Shown: piece by piece, positions 27,736 through 37,788 of the stretch
How the letters are laid out: each line of letters opens with the position of its first letter
How positions within the stretch are numbered: position 1 is the stretch's first letter
Source: Ostreococcus lucimarinus
Lineage: Eukaryota
DNA length: 64,000 bases
Assembly (NCBI GenBank): GCA_000092065.1
Contig: CP000585.1
Direction: 5' to 3' (one strand)
The notes under the pieces: generated by a model
What the model saw: the letters and a program-made list of their open reading frames with translations, nothing else
The model's database searches: none
What the model was told of the DNA's origin: nothing
Position numbers and translations under genes: made by a program

Positions 27736-29073
27736 CTATCGCGGCGCGTCGGAGGCGTCCGGGGAGACGACCGTCGCGCGGCGTCGCGAGGTGAGGCGAC
27801 CGCCGTCCGCGCCGGCGATGCCGGTGTTCCAAGCGTCCGTCTCTCTCGGGCCCGTGGAGATGATGCGCGGGGCCTGGCCGGATGGCGTGGCGACGCGCAT
27901 GTTCCCGACAACACGCGCACCGCCGGCGTTGGTGTTATCGACGTGCGGACGACGCGCGCGACGACGATCTCCCATGCCGAAAATGTCGGCGCCGACGAAA
28001 CTTGGACCAGTGTGCATGCGCGGCTGATTTTCAGCTTCGGCGGCCTCGGGGTCGTCCTTGGCGAGGCGCCTTCTGATCAAGTACCCGATCGCCGCGGTGA
28101 TAGAAAGTGCGAGCCATATGGCGATGAGGCCCCAAAGCGATCCGCAGCGAGCGATGGTGGCGAAAGCGCGCTCGCGCACCACGTGCTCGTCCGACGGACG
28201 CGTGTCCTCGTACGTTCCCTTGGTGATGGTTTCCATCGCTCGCTGCACCTTGATAAACATCTCCTTCTTCTTCTGATCGTTCCCAGTCTTATCGGGATGA
28301 TACTTCATGCTTAAGTCTCTGAATCTCTTACGAATTTGAGTCGACGTCGATGTACGACTGACCCCGAGCACGCGAAACGGATCCTCACCCTCCTCGGTTT
28401 CGTATCCCAACAGCGACGCGTATTGCTCGAAATACCACCACAGCTTTTGGTACTCCGGTTTCTTCCGTCGCCGAATTACGCGCTCGAACCAATTCGAATG
28501 AAAATATGCCGCGCCGAATATCAACAGTATGGGCATCACCGCCGCGAACGCTACGAGCCAAATGGCGAGCGACCAAAACGCGTTCGGGCCAAAGTACCAC
28601 CCGCGCACCTCTTGCGCCGTGCTCACCCCTTGATACAGCGTCAACCCGACAAAAAGCTCGCGCACGCCCTCCAAACGCCACACCGTATGCAATATGAACC
28701 CAAGAAACGGCACGATCGGCCACAGGTACGGGTACGTCGCGCATTTGAACACCGGAAGCACGCCGGCGGTGATTATCAAAAAGTATCCCAATCTCGCCCT
28801 TCCCGCGGCGTGTAACCCCCACTGCACGCCCGCCGACACCGCGCCGTAAAATGCGATCGAAACATACGGCACGCGCGCGCGCCGCCACGACTCTGGATGC
28901 ACCTTTCCAGCGCGCACGAGCTTTGGAATCATGATCATTTGCTGGCAAATGCCGAAAAACTCGCGCAGGGACCAACTCAAGATGACGTGCGCGATGCTCG
29001 CGCACACGCCCTCGACGTCGTCGGAGGACATCATGGCGATCATCATGGCGATTCTGAACCATGGCACGCCCAT
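27736..29073 (-). CDS. J-domain (DnaJ) polytopic membrane protein
   Basis: DPFRVLGVSRTSTSTQIRKRFRDLSMKYHPDKTGND is a J domain carrying HPD. It is flanked by about seven hydrophobic helices (WGLHAAGRARLGYFLIITAGVLPVF, YPYLWPIVPFLGFILHTVW, FWSLAIWLVAFAAVMPILLIFGAAYF, CGSLWGLIAIWLALSITAAIGYLI). Confidence 0.6.
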   Translation of the reverse strand: MGVPWFRIAMMIAMMSSDDVEGVCASIAHVILSWSLREFFGICQQMIMIPKLVRAGKVHPESWRRARVPYVSIAFYGAVSAGVQWGLHAAGRARLGYFLIITAGVLPVFKCATYPYLWPIVPFLGFILHTVWRLEGVRELFVGLTLYQGVSTAQEVRGWYFGPNAFWSLAIWLVAFAAVMPILLIFGAAYFHSNWFERVIRRRKKPEYQKLWWYFEQYASLLGYETEEGEDPFRVLGVSRTSTSTQIRKRFRDLSMKYHPDKTGNDQKKKEMFIKVQRAMETITKGTYEDTRPSDEHVVRERAFATIARCGSLWGLIAIWLALSITAAIGYLIRRRLAKDDPEAAEAENQPRMHTGPSFVGADIFGMGDRRRARRPHVDNTNAGGARVVGNMRVATPSGQAPRIISTGPRETDAWNTGIAGADGGRLTSRRRATVVSPDASDAPR

Positions 29074-29278
29074 GGTGGCGACGGCTCTGGACGACCGCCG
29101 ACCGGTCGTCCACGCCCACCCAGGAGTGAGGTTGTTAGCGGGCGAACGCGCGAACGCCGGGGACGGGCTATTTTAAGCTCTTCACACGCGGTCGCGGATC
29201 GACTCGAGGCGCGCGTGGGTTTGAGAGCGATTTTCGACGCTCGGCGGGTTTGCCTCGAAAGCGCGCGCGCGATCGGTG

Positions 29279-30180
29279 ATGGGGACGGATACATTGGAAA
29301 AGTTGCGCTCGGCGGCGATGGACGAATTGGACGCGTTTGCGGCGCGCGAGCCCGAGAGGGCGTTGGAGTTAAAGGTGCGATCGGTGAACGGTTCACGCGT
29401 GGGATGTGCACACGAATGGGAGCACGTGTCGTCACGTGTGCGTGAGACTGAATGACGCGTTTGTCGTGATTGCGTTAGAAACTTTGCGAAGACGCAGAGG
29501 CGAGGCGCGGTCAAATGCGCCGACTCAGAACTCGACTCGAGCAAGTCGCCGATTTTGAACGTGAGACCGCGGCGCAGACGCGAGAAAGCATCGATGCGTT
29601 GGAAGCACGCATACGCACGTTAGAAGATCTCGTGCGTGCGCGAGACGCGGCCGTACGGGAAAGCGAACAGGCGAGGCTGACGTTGCTCGAGAAGACGAAA
29701 CGCCTTCAAGCCGAAGCGTCGACGCGAGCGGACGATCTTGAACTCAACGTGCAACGCGCGAAGCGAATGGAGGAAACAGTTGCGCTATTGACGAGTAAGG
29801 TAGCCGATCTCGAGCGCGTGCGCTTGGAAAACACCGAGCTTTACGGTGAGTTGGATGAAAATAAACGCGCCGCCGTCGCGCTCGAACGACAGGTGGACTT
29901 GTACAGAGAAACCGCGCGAGCCGCGGAGAGCCGGCAACTCACCGCCGAACTCGCGGCGGCAAAGAGCGAAGCGCTATTGAAGCAATACCTCTCCTCTCCA
30001 GCGGGCGAAGACCGTTTACGTCTCGAAAATCGCATCGGCGCGTTGCAAGAAAAGATTCGAGACTTGTCCACGAAGGAATCCCGCCTCGCCGAGCGCTTTC
30101 GCACGGTGCTCACCGACGAGCTCGCGAGCACTCGACACGCGCTCGCACTCGAAAAGCTTCGCACGACTAGCACTTTTTAA
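29279..30180 (+). CDS. Coiled-coil protein, proposed two exons: join(29279..29374, 29479..30180)
   Basis: Track ORF 29515..30180 encodes a heptad-rich coiled-coil (LEDLVRARDAAVRESEQARLTLLEKTKRLQAE...). It continues upstream in frame to an AG at 29477-29478. A short ORF at 29279..29374 (MGTDTLEKLRSAAMDELDAFAAREPERALELK) ends at a GTGCGA donor. A phase-0 join across this 104-bp intron gives a 265-aa product. The donor type is the same as in the adenylate kinase and NOP10 introns. Confidence 0.4.
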
Positions 30181-30322
30181 TTTAACCCTATGAGCGTGGC
30201 GCGCATGGCGCGATTCAGTTAAAATACTACTAAGCCGCCGTCGTCTCGCTAAGCGCTCTCGTCGCTACGCGTCCGATCGCCCCGCTCGCTCGATCTCGAC
30301 GCCCCCAAAGACTAATACAAAC

Positions 30323-30775
30323 TCAATTAATCTCTAAGCTCGGCGCGCTCGCGCTCTGCGCTTGCAGCGCGTTCACCTTGCGCAGACTATCCGCCACCGC
30401 TTCCTCGGGCGACTCGTAGCTCTGAAAATCCACCTCCACCGCGCCCTCGTTGTACGTGGACGTCGCGTAAAATCCCGCCCCCGCGGCGACGATCCCGATC
30501 ACCAGCAGCGCGTACTGCGCCGCGTTTCCGAGCCCCTCGAAGCTTTCGCTCTCCCACGGGTCGTCGACGAGCATTTCCGGCGGGAGCGATCGCTGTTTGT
30601 CAGCGCTGAGCGGGGTGGGGACGTCGTCTTGCGTCGAGGATTGCGACGTCGCGCGACCGCCTTCGGAGATGATCTTCGGCGTGACGCTCGATCGTTTCTT
30701 TGCCGAGCACTTCACGGCGGTGCGCGCGCGCGCGACGGGGGCGCTCGTGGACGCGAGGGCGACGAGCGTGGTCAT
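30323..30775 (-). CDS. Small hypothetical protein with presequence and one TM helix
   Basis: The 150-aa ORF is MTTLVALASTSAPVARARTAVKCSAKKRS..., with a single hydrophobic segment AQYALLVIGIVAAGAGFYA. Its composition is unlike the Arg-rich shadow ORFs. Confidence 0.35.
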   Translation of the reverse strand: MTTLVALASTSAPVARARTAVKCSAKKRSSVTPKIISEGGRATSQSSTQDDVPTPLSADKQRSLPPEMLVDDPWESESFEGLGNAAQYALLVIGIVAAGAGFYATSTYNEGAVEVDFQSYESPEEAVADSLRKVNALQAQSASAPSLEIN

Positions 30776-30881
30776 CGCGCGAGGCGCGGTGTGCGGATAA
30801 GCGCGTCGTAGCGGCGAGCGAGCGGTGCGTTACGACGACGACGCGAACGATGAATCGCGCTCTGAAGATGATGACTGTATA

Positions 30882-33173
30882 TTACTTCGCGGATGTCTTG
30901 CGCTTGCGGGCGGGCTTGCGCTTGCGTTTGGATTTGCCGGTGCCCGCGGGCGCGCGCTTCTTCGGCGGCGCCTTGGCGGCGACGGCGATGGCCCAGTCGT
31001 CGTCGTCTCTGGGGAGTCGACCGGCGCGACGGAGGCAGTTATCGCAGGATTCACCGCAGACTTCGCGAGAAATATGCTCGCCGAGGTACGCGAGCAGAGC
31101 AACGCGGCGGCAGCGCGTGCGATCCTCGAGAAAGTCTTGCACCGCCTCGAGAAGCGGCATGGATTTCTCAAGCCGGCTTCGCTTCGAGACGCCTTTTTGG
31201 GGCATCTTGATGAGTCGCTCGATGCGGCCGATATCGCCACGAGCGTAGAGCACGACACCCTTGGCTGGAAGTCCATCGCGACCGGCGCGCCCGACTTCTT
31301 GATACAAGCCTTCAAGACTTTTTGGCGCGCAATGATGGACAACCCAACGCACGTTTGGCTTGTCGATGCCCATTCCGAAAGCGATTGTGGCGCAGCACAC
31401 GGAGACTTCGCCGCTCATCCATTTATTCTGCACAGCGAGACGTTGTGAATCTGTCATCCCGGCATGATACGCCGCCGCACTCGGACCCGGTGGAAGATGT
31501 TCGCGCTGACGACGCAAGCGTGCGTCATTCAGCGCTTTCGCCACGTTCGCTGTTTCGTCGCGCGAGAGGCAGTACACGATGCCGGCGTTGTTGGGGCCAA
31601 ACTCTTGGGCGATCCAATCGGCAAACTTTTCCAAGTCGTACAAATCTCGTTTAGGCATCACCGTGAATGAAATATTCGGGCGGTTGAAAGTCACGACGAA
31701 AGACTTTGCCGTCTTCGCAATCTTTAATATCTTCATCACGTCGGTGCGAACCGCCATCGTCGCCGTCGCCGTCAACGCCGTGATGGGAACGTTTGGATAA
31801 TTTTTCCGAAGCGAGCCCAAAGCCTTATAATCTGGTCTAAAGTCGTGCCCCCAGGACGACACACAGTGCGCTTCGTCGATGACGAACCGCGTCAACAACC
31901 CATTCCTGTCTAACTGATCCATTATGTCTGCCAGCGTCGAGCTCGATGCGAGTTTTTCTGGGGTCACGTACAGCAATCGAATCGTCGGCTTTCGCTTTCG
32001 TAATTCGCGCAGAACCGCCACTGCGTCTCCTTGCGACTGCGCAGAGCTAAGAAACGTCGCAGGAATGTTGAAGTCTTTCACTAAGTGCGATACCTGATCC
32101 TGGATGAGAGACAGGAGCGGCGAGCACACGATGGTGACGCCACCTTGTAAAATCGCGGGTAGCATGTAACACAACGACTTCCCACCGCCAGTTGGCATTA
32201 AGACGAAACAATCTTCGCCCCGAACGCTCTGCTCGCAAATTTCTCGCTGACAGTGCCGGAACGAGGCATTCTTGAAAATCATCGTGTTCGCTAAATCAAA
32301 ATCGTCCATATCTTCCCAATTCGTCGGCACCGCCGTCGACGTGGTGGGACGCTGAACATTCGCTATGTCCGTGTTTCTGCGCACATCCGACGCCGCGACG
32401 GTCGTTATCGCGCGCACATTCGCACTCGATCGAACCACGGGCGGCTTCACGCCCGCCATCGCCAGTACAGCCTCCCCGCGTCGAAACTCCACACCGTTGC
32501 TCGTGCCTCGCCCGACGAACGCGGGCGCCGTCGACTTCCCGTACCCATTCTCTCTCGTCCACGCCACGCTCCCTCCCAAAACATCTCGACCCGCCACACG
32601 CTTCGCTAACTCGCGTTCGCGCTCGGAATCCTCGTCTGAATCGCTCAAAATCACCACGCTCTGACTCGTCGCCGCCGCGTTCGATCGCCGGCGCGTCCTC
32701 GGCGGCGACAAATCGCTCTCCGACTCCAACTCCACCACATCAACGCTCGCCGTCGCCACGACATCGCGACCACGTTTCACGCGCTCGCTCTCTTCGCCCG
32801 CGTCCTCATCCGCGTCCTCGATCTCATCCTCCGTCGTCTCTTCGTCGTCGTCGCTCTCCGTCAGCTGTCGCTCGCGACAAAACTGCACAAACTCCTCACC
32901 CACGATCTCCGCCCGCACCTCGCTCGCGTGCTCGTCGAACGGCTTCAAAAACAACTCCACCGCGCGCGCCGCGACCGCCTCGCGCACCCCGACGCTCGTC
33001 GCGCGCGCGACGAGCTCGCGCTGATTTTTTGAACACTTCCAGCGCCCCGTCGCGCGCTCCCTCGCGGCGGGCGTCGCGCGCTCCCTCGCGGCGCGCTCGA
33101 ACATGGCGGCGATGCCGCTCGCGCGCGGCGCCGCCGTCGCGCGCGGCGCGCGCGCGCGCGCGCGAGACGCCAT
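30882..33173 (-). CDS. RECQ: ATP-dependent DNA helicase, RecQ family
   Basis: FVLMPTGGGKSLCYMLPAIL is helicase motif I. RFVIDEAHCVSSWGHDFRPDY is the DEAH/RecQ motif. LTATAT, a zinc-binding RQC region and a basic C-terminal tail are also present. The first plausible ATG is 33173 (MASRARARAPRATAAPRASGIAAMFERAAR). The upstream 246 aa of the track ORF are an Arg-rich artefact. The gene is divergent from the CCX gene. Confidence 0.8.
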   Translation of the reverse strand: MASRARARAPRATAAPRASGIAAMFERAARERATPAARERATGRWKCSKNQRELVARATSVGVREAVAARAVELFLKPFDEHASEVRAEIVGEEFVQFCRERQLTESDDDEETTEDEIEDADEDAGEESERVKRGRDVVATASVDVVELESESDLSPPRTRRRSNAAATSQSVVILSDSDEDSERERELAKRVAGRDVLGGSVAWTRENGYGKSTAPAFVGRGTSNGVEFRRGEAVLAMAGVKPPVVRSSANVRAITTVAASDVRRNTDIANVQRPTTSTAVPTNWEDMDDFDLANTMIFKNASFRHCQREICEQSVRGEDCFVLMPTGGGKSLCYMLPAILQGGVTIVCSPLLSLIQDQVSHLVKDFNIPATFLSSAQSQGDAVAVLRELRKRKPTIRLLYVTPEKLASSSTLADIMDQLDRNGLLTRFVIDEAHCVSSWGHDFRPDYKALGSLRKNYPNVPITALTATATMAVRTDVMKILKIAKTAKSFVVTFNRPNISFTVMPKRDLYDLEKFADWIAQEFGPNNAGIVYCLSRDETANVAKALNDARLRRQREHLPPGPSAAAYHAGMTDSQRLAVQNKWMSGEVSVCCATIAFGMGIDKPNVRWVVHHCAPKSLEGLYQEVGRAGRDGLPAKGVVLYARGDIGRIERLIKMPQKGVSKRSRLEKSMPLLEAVQDFLEDRTRCRRVALLAYLGEHISREVCGESCDNCLRRAGRLPRDDDDWAIAVAAKAPPKKRAPAGTGKSKRKRKPARKRKTSAK

Positions 33174-33335
33174 CGCGCGCGAGTCTGCGGCACTTCGCGT
33201 CGACGAGGACGCGCCGACGCGCCGACGCGACGCGCGCGCGACGACGCCGGGGCGCCGAACGAAACGCGCGGGATGTCGATCGCGGCGCGGGGCGGCGCCG
33301 CGACGCGCGTCGGGCGCGAGCGACGCGCGCGAGGG

Positions 33336-35186
33336 ATGAATCGGACGTGGAATTGGGTCGCGCTCGTCGCGCTCGCGTTCGCCGCGGTGGCGCGCGCGGA
33401 GACGCTCGTTGACGTTGAGCTCGCGGTCGCGGATGACGTCGGCGCGAGCGTGCGCGCGCGCGCGGGACGACGCGCGCTCGGGGCGAAACCGGCGGTGCAG
33501 GCGCCGGAACCGCCGCCGCCGCCGGCGACGAAGAAGGAGCGGTTGCGCGCGCAGTTTGAACTCGCGAGAGAAGACGCGGAACGCGCGCCTTGCGCGCCGA
33601 GTAAGGTGCAGGGCGGACGGGAGGCGAAGTGCGATCACGTGCGCTCGACGGACGCGTGTGACGGGCGGTTGAAGGCGTATTTGGAATACTCGTATTGCGA
33701 CGACGAAGCGTTCGGGATGCAAAACATGGTGACGCCGGTGATCGGGTTGACGCTCATCGCCGTCGCGTCGACGTATGCGTTGGCGGTCGCGGCTGGGACG
33801 TTTTTCGTGCCGGCGTTGGAGTACACGGCGACGTTGATGAAGATTTCTCCGGAAGCCGCGGGGGTGACGCTGTTGGCGTTGGGTAACGGCGCGCCGGATC
33901 TTTACGCGCAAGTGTCAGAATTAAGTGAAGGCGTGCTTCCGGACCTCAACGTCGTCATCGGTTCGACGCTCGGTAGTGGGTTCTTCATCGCCACCGTCGT
34001 GCTCGGCGTGGTGATTCGGGCGTCGCCGAACGCCGTCGTGATTAACAAGGACGCGCTCGGAGCGTCCATGGGATTGTTCGCCGTGGCGAACATCGCTTTG
34101 CTGTTGGCGATGTGCTTCGGTACGTTTAAGATGTGGTATACTATGACGTTCTTCGTCTCCTACGCGACGTACTTTTGCTTCATCGCGTTTCGCGACACCT
34201 CGATTCACGACGCGCAAGGCGACAGGCCGTCGTTGGAAGAGGGCAAGGGGGAAAAGCGACTCGAGCCGTTGTTCGACTTAGCATCGCAAAAAGGTGGTCC
34301 AGATGACATCAAAGGCTCGGTGCGCCCGATGAAGACGACGGCGAAAGACGGTGACGGCATCGTCGCCTCCGCGACGGCGGACATGAATGTGTACGAGAAG
34401 AAGTTGGCTTTGATCACGGTGCCCGTGCGCGTGGCGATGGCGTTCACGATGCCCGTCGTTCGCGCGGGAGACATGGATAAATTTTACGCCGTCACGTTGG
34501 GATTCATCGGACCGTTCTTCTTCTTGTGCGCACCCGGTAACGAATTCATGAGCGTCATCGGGTCGGACGAGGCGACGACGATGTTGTACAACATCGCCGT
34601 CGCCGGCGCGTGCAGCTTTGGCGTCGCCGCCGTCGTCAGCACAAAATACAAAGCGACCCCGCTTCCCGCATCCACAGAATTCGCCTCTATGTTCGCATTC
34701 GTGCAATCCATCTGTTGGATGCACTTGATGTCCAACGAGCTCGTCATGTCGTTGGGTGCGCTCGCGAAAATCTTTGGCATCGACGAAGAAGTTTTCGGCG
34801 TCTCCTTCGTCGCGTGGGGCGACGGCATCGGCGATCTCGTCGCCTGCCACGCCGTCGCCAAGGCTGGTCAAGTCACCATGGCCGTCGTCGCATGTTTTGC
34901 TGGCCCTGTCTTCAACTTGCTCATCGGTCTCGCCAGTTCCATCGCCTTTCTCACCACCATCTTGGGCGACCTCCCTTTCAACGTCAAGCAGGGCGAAATC
35001 GTCTTGGCCGTCGGCTCCCTGTTCTCCGTGATGTTCACCATCTCCCAGCTCCGTCACCGCTCGCCTCGCGAGTTCGAAATCCCACGTTCGTTCGCCAACG
35101 CCGCCTTCGCGACGTACGGCGCGTTTTTGCTCATCTACCTCTTGTGCGAGGCGCGGCTTTTATTCGTCTCCAAGCTCGCGTCGTGA
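33336..35186 (+). CDS. Cation/calcium exchanger (Na_Ca_ex superfamily, CCX/NCKX-like)
   Basis: A signal peptide MNRTWNWVALVALAFAAVARA is followed by two alpha-repeat regions with GNGAPD (LALGNGAPDLYAQVSE) and GDGIGDLVA motifs. There are about 11 TM helices. Confidence 0.75.
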   Translation: MNRTWNWVALVALAFAAVARAETLVDVELAVADDVGASVRARAGRRALGAKPAVQAPEPPPPPATKKERLRAQFELAREDAERAPCAPSKVQGGREAKCDHVRSTDACDGRLKAYLEYSYCDDEAFGMQNMVTPVIGLTLIAVASTYALAVAAGTFFVPALEYTATLMKISPEAAGVTLLALGNGAPDLYAQVSELSEGVLPDLNVVIGSTLGSGFFIATVVLGVVIRASPNAVVINKDALGASMGLFAVANIALLLAMCFGTFKMWYTMTFFVSYATYFCFIAFRDTSIHDAQGDRPSLEEGKGEKRLEPLFDLASQKGGPDDIKGSVRPMKTTAKDGDGIVASATADMNVYEKKLALITVPVRVAMAFTMPVVRAGDMDKFYAVTLGFIGPFFFLCAPGNEFMSVIGSDEATTMLYNIAVAGACSFGVAAVVSTKYKATPLPASTEFASMFAFVQSICWMHLMSNELVMSLGALAKIFGIDEEVFGVSFVAWGDGIGDLVACHAVAKAGQVTMAVVACFAGPVFNLLIGLASSIAFLTTILGDLPFNVKQGEIVLAVGSLFSVMFTISQLRHRSPREFEIPRSFANAAFATYGAFLLIYLLCEARLLFVSKLAS

Positions 35187-35271
35187 AGTCGCGCGTTGTA
35201 ATCTCATCTCATCGCACTCATCGCGCGCGTTCCGCACACGCGCGCGCGCGACGCCGCACCTCTCGCGCGCG

Positions 35272-35616
35272 ATGTCCCGCTTCCTCTGGGAGACCTCTGG
35301 CGCGTACCGCGCCCTCGTCCGCGTCACCGCGCGCTCAAAACTCGCCATGGGCGTCTTCGTCGTCGTCTCCTGCGTCGCCGTGCCGCTCGGCGCGACGTAC
35401 GCGGTGATGGGCGCGACGAACCCCGAGGGCGCCGAAGACGCGCGCGCGCGAGAGGTGCTCGCGGGACGCGGGATGTCGGGACGACGCGAATCGCTGGACT
35501 CGCGAATGCTGCGAGAGAGGAACAGACAGAATTTGATGGACATGCTGCGAGACGCGAACGATGGAGGAGCCAACATGGACGCGCGGTGGAAAAAGGCGCT
35601 CGGGAAGCGAACGTAG
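35272..35616 (+). CDS. Small hypothetical single-TM protein
   Basis: The 114-aa ORF is MSRFLWETSGAYRALVRVTARSKLAMGVFVVVSCVAVPLGATYAV.... It starts only 85 bp after the CCX stop codon. It shows no obvious homology. Confidence 0.3.
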   Translation: MSRFLWETSGAYRALVRVTARSKLAMGVFVVVSCVAVPLGATYAVMGATNPEGAEDARAREVLAGRGMSGRRESLDSRMLRERNRQNLMDMLRDANDGGANMDARWKKALGKRT

Positions 35617-35690
35617 GGATTTTTGTCGCGCGAAGGGCGTTAGATTTAGGGACTGTATTGCTACTATCGATGATTTTAATTTAATTTAAT

Positions 35691-36998
35691 TTACGGCGCG
35701 CGGCGCGCGTCGAGCGCCCGGAGCGCGCGCTCGGCGACGTCGGCGCCGATCGCGTCCGCGGGTCCGGCGCCCTTGCCCTGACACGCACCGACGGCTATGA
35801 TGTTCGCGCCTGGGCCTAGTGTTTGAATTTTCAACGAACCGTCGTCGGACGTGGAGTACGCGCACGCCTTGGACGTCAAGCTTTGGAAATTCGTCGAAGG
35901 AAACAAGTGGAATAAGATTTCTTGGAGCTGATCCGCCACGACTTCGTCGCCGTCGCTGGACATCCAATCCGCGAGCTCGCGTTCGGTGCGAGCCCAACTC
36001 GGGTCGCTCTTGTCGAAGTAGTCGAGCGGGCCTCCACCGATCTTGATGTACCACCCCGGCGCGGGTTCGGGGCCCGGGTAATAAATCGGCGGCAACACGT
36101 AGACGGATTTCGCCTCGTTCACGCTGTGATCGCTCCCTCCGCCCGACGACGCGCGCACGCGCGCCGCATCGAGCACGGCTCGAGGTACCTCGTACTTGAT
36201 CGTGGGCATCGTCGCGAGCGCGCCGAGCGCTTCGGACTCGAGCACCTCGGCGAGTAAAACGGTGCGCCGCGCGATTTTCACGTCGCCGAAATCCGCGCTC
36301 GCGTCGTCCGTCAATAACCCGCACTCGCGCGCCAGGGGCTCGGTGTAGAACCCACACGCGAGCACACACACGTCACACGCGTACGTCTCCCCCGTGGACG
36401 TGCGCACCTCGCACTCGCCCGTCGCCGCGTTCGATTCCACGCGTTCGCACGTCGTCCGCGTCACCGTCGCCCTCCCCTCGCTCGCCCTCCGCATCAGCGC
36501 GTTCTGCGCCGCTCGCATCGCGTGCGGGTTCACGTACCCCCCGACTTCGTCCCACACCGCCTCGTACTCGCTCGGAATCCCATCTCGCGCGAGAAATCCC
36601 CACGCCTCCGCGACGCCGCCGTCCGCGTTCGTCCTTCGCTCGTGCGTCACCCCTCGCGCTCGCAACCGCGCCGCCCCTCGCTCCACGAACGCCTCGCTCC
36701 CGATCGCCAGCGACCCTTTACGCGTGAAAAACTGTATCCCGCTCAGTCGCTCCGCTTCCTCGAACCCATCGATCGATCGCGCGTTCAGCGCCGTCCACTC
36801 GTCTCGTCCCTCCGCGTCGAGCGGCCGCGCGATGCGTCCCAGATCATCGCTCCCGCTCCGCAGCCGCTCGCTGTCCAGCACCGCCACGCGCAGCTCCGGT
36901 CGACGCTCGCTGACGTGCCTCGCGCACGCCGCGCCGATCGGCCCGTTCCCGGCGACGACGACGTCGACGCGCGTCGCCGTGCGTGGGTCCTCGTTCAT
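35691..36998 (-). CDS. FAD-dependent oxidoreductase (DAO family; sarcosine/pipecolate oxidase-like)
   Basis: VDVVVAGNGPIGAACARHV is an N-terminal FAD-binding GxGxxG with the betaalphabeta fold, and DAO-family blocks follow. The first plausible ATG is 36998 (MNEDPRTATRVDVVV). An alternative ATG at 37109 would add a presequence. Confidence 0.65.
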   Translation of the reverse strand: MNEDPRTATRVDVVVAGNGPIGAACARHVSERRPELRVAVLDSERLRSGSDDLGRIARPLDAEGRDEWTALNARSIDGFEEAERLSGIQFFTRKGSLAIGSEAFVERGAARLRARGVTHERRTNADGGVAEAWGFLARDGIPSEYEAVWDEVGGYVNPHAMRAAQNALMRRASEGRATVTRTTCERVESNAATGECEVRTSTGETYACDVCVLACGFYTEPLARECGLLTDDASADFGDVKIARRTVLLAEVLESEALGALATMPTIKYEVPRAVLDAARVRASSGGGSDHSVNEAKSVYVLPPIYYPGPEPAPGWYIKIGGGPLDYFDKSDPSWARTERELADWMSSDGDEVVADQLQEILFHLFPSTNFQSLTSKACAYSTSDDGSLKIQTLGPGANIIAVGACQGKGAGPADAIGADVAERALRALDARRAP

Positions 36999-37295
36999 TC
37001 GCGCCGTCGCGTCGCGTCGCCCGCGGTCACCGCGCCGCGCGCGCGACGCGACGCGACGGCGCGCGACGCCCGCTCGCGTCGTCGACGCGCCCGCGCCCGC
37101 GCGCGACATGTCGCGCGCGACTCTGCCGCGACGCCGTCGGCGCGGCTGCACGAAACGAAGACGCGTCGCTCACGAATCAATCAATCGGTGGTAATACAAC
37201 GCGAATCGCGTCGACGCGTCGACGCGACGCGATTCGGGCGACGACCGGTGCGTCGCCTCACCGCGCGTCGCGCCCGCGGTCGCTCGGACGCCTCG

Positions 37296-37631
37296 CTAAA
37301 TCCCGTCGCCTCCGCCCCGCGCGCGTCCTCGCAGCAGCGTCGCCTTGGCCTCGTTGATCTTCGTGCTCAGAAACGCCGACCCGCCCGCGTCGGGATGGTT
37401 CGCCATCATCACGCGTCGGTGCGCGTCGAGCACGCGCTGCCGCGCCGCGCCCTCGCGGACGCCGAGGATGAGCGCGGCTTCGCGCCGGGTCATCGTCGCC
37501 TCGAATCCGCCGTGGTAAAACGCGCGCGCGCGCGGGCCGGCGAGCGCCCACGCCTCGACCGTCGTCACGACGGCGCGCGCGGCGAGCGCGGTCGCGGCGA
37601 CGGCGAGGCCGGTGACCAGGGGCGTGGCCAT
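37296..37631 (-). CDS. TIM14: Mitochondrial import inner membrane translocase subunit TIM14/PAM18 (DNAJC19)
   Basis: [22 protein letters not shown] is a TM helix. [53 protein letters not shown] is a J domain. It aligns with the human DNAJC19 sequence [53 protein letters not shown]. Confidence 0.75.
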   Translation of the reverse strand: [111 protein letters not shown]

Positions 37632-37788
37632 CCGCGCCGCGCGTCGAGGAGTGACGACATCGGCGACGCCCCGCGACCGCATTCGACGACGTGCGCGCGA
37701 CCGCGACGCGTCGATCGCGGCGATCGCGGCCGCGACGCGCGACGGACGCGCGCGAGACCGCGCGAGGGACGTCGACGGGGGTCTCGCG

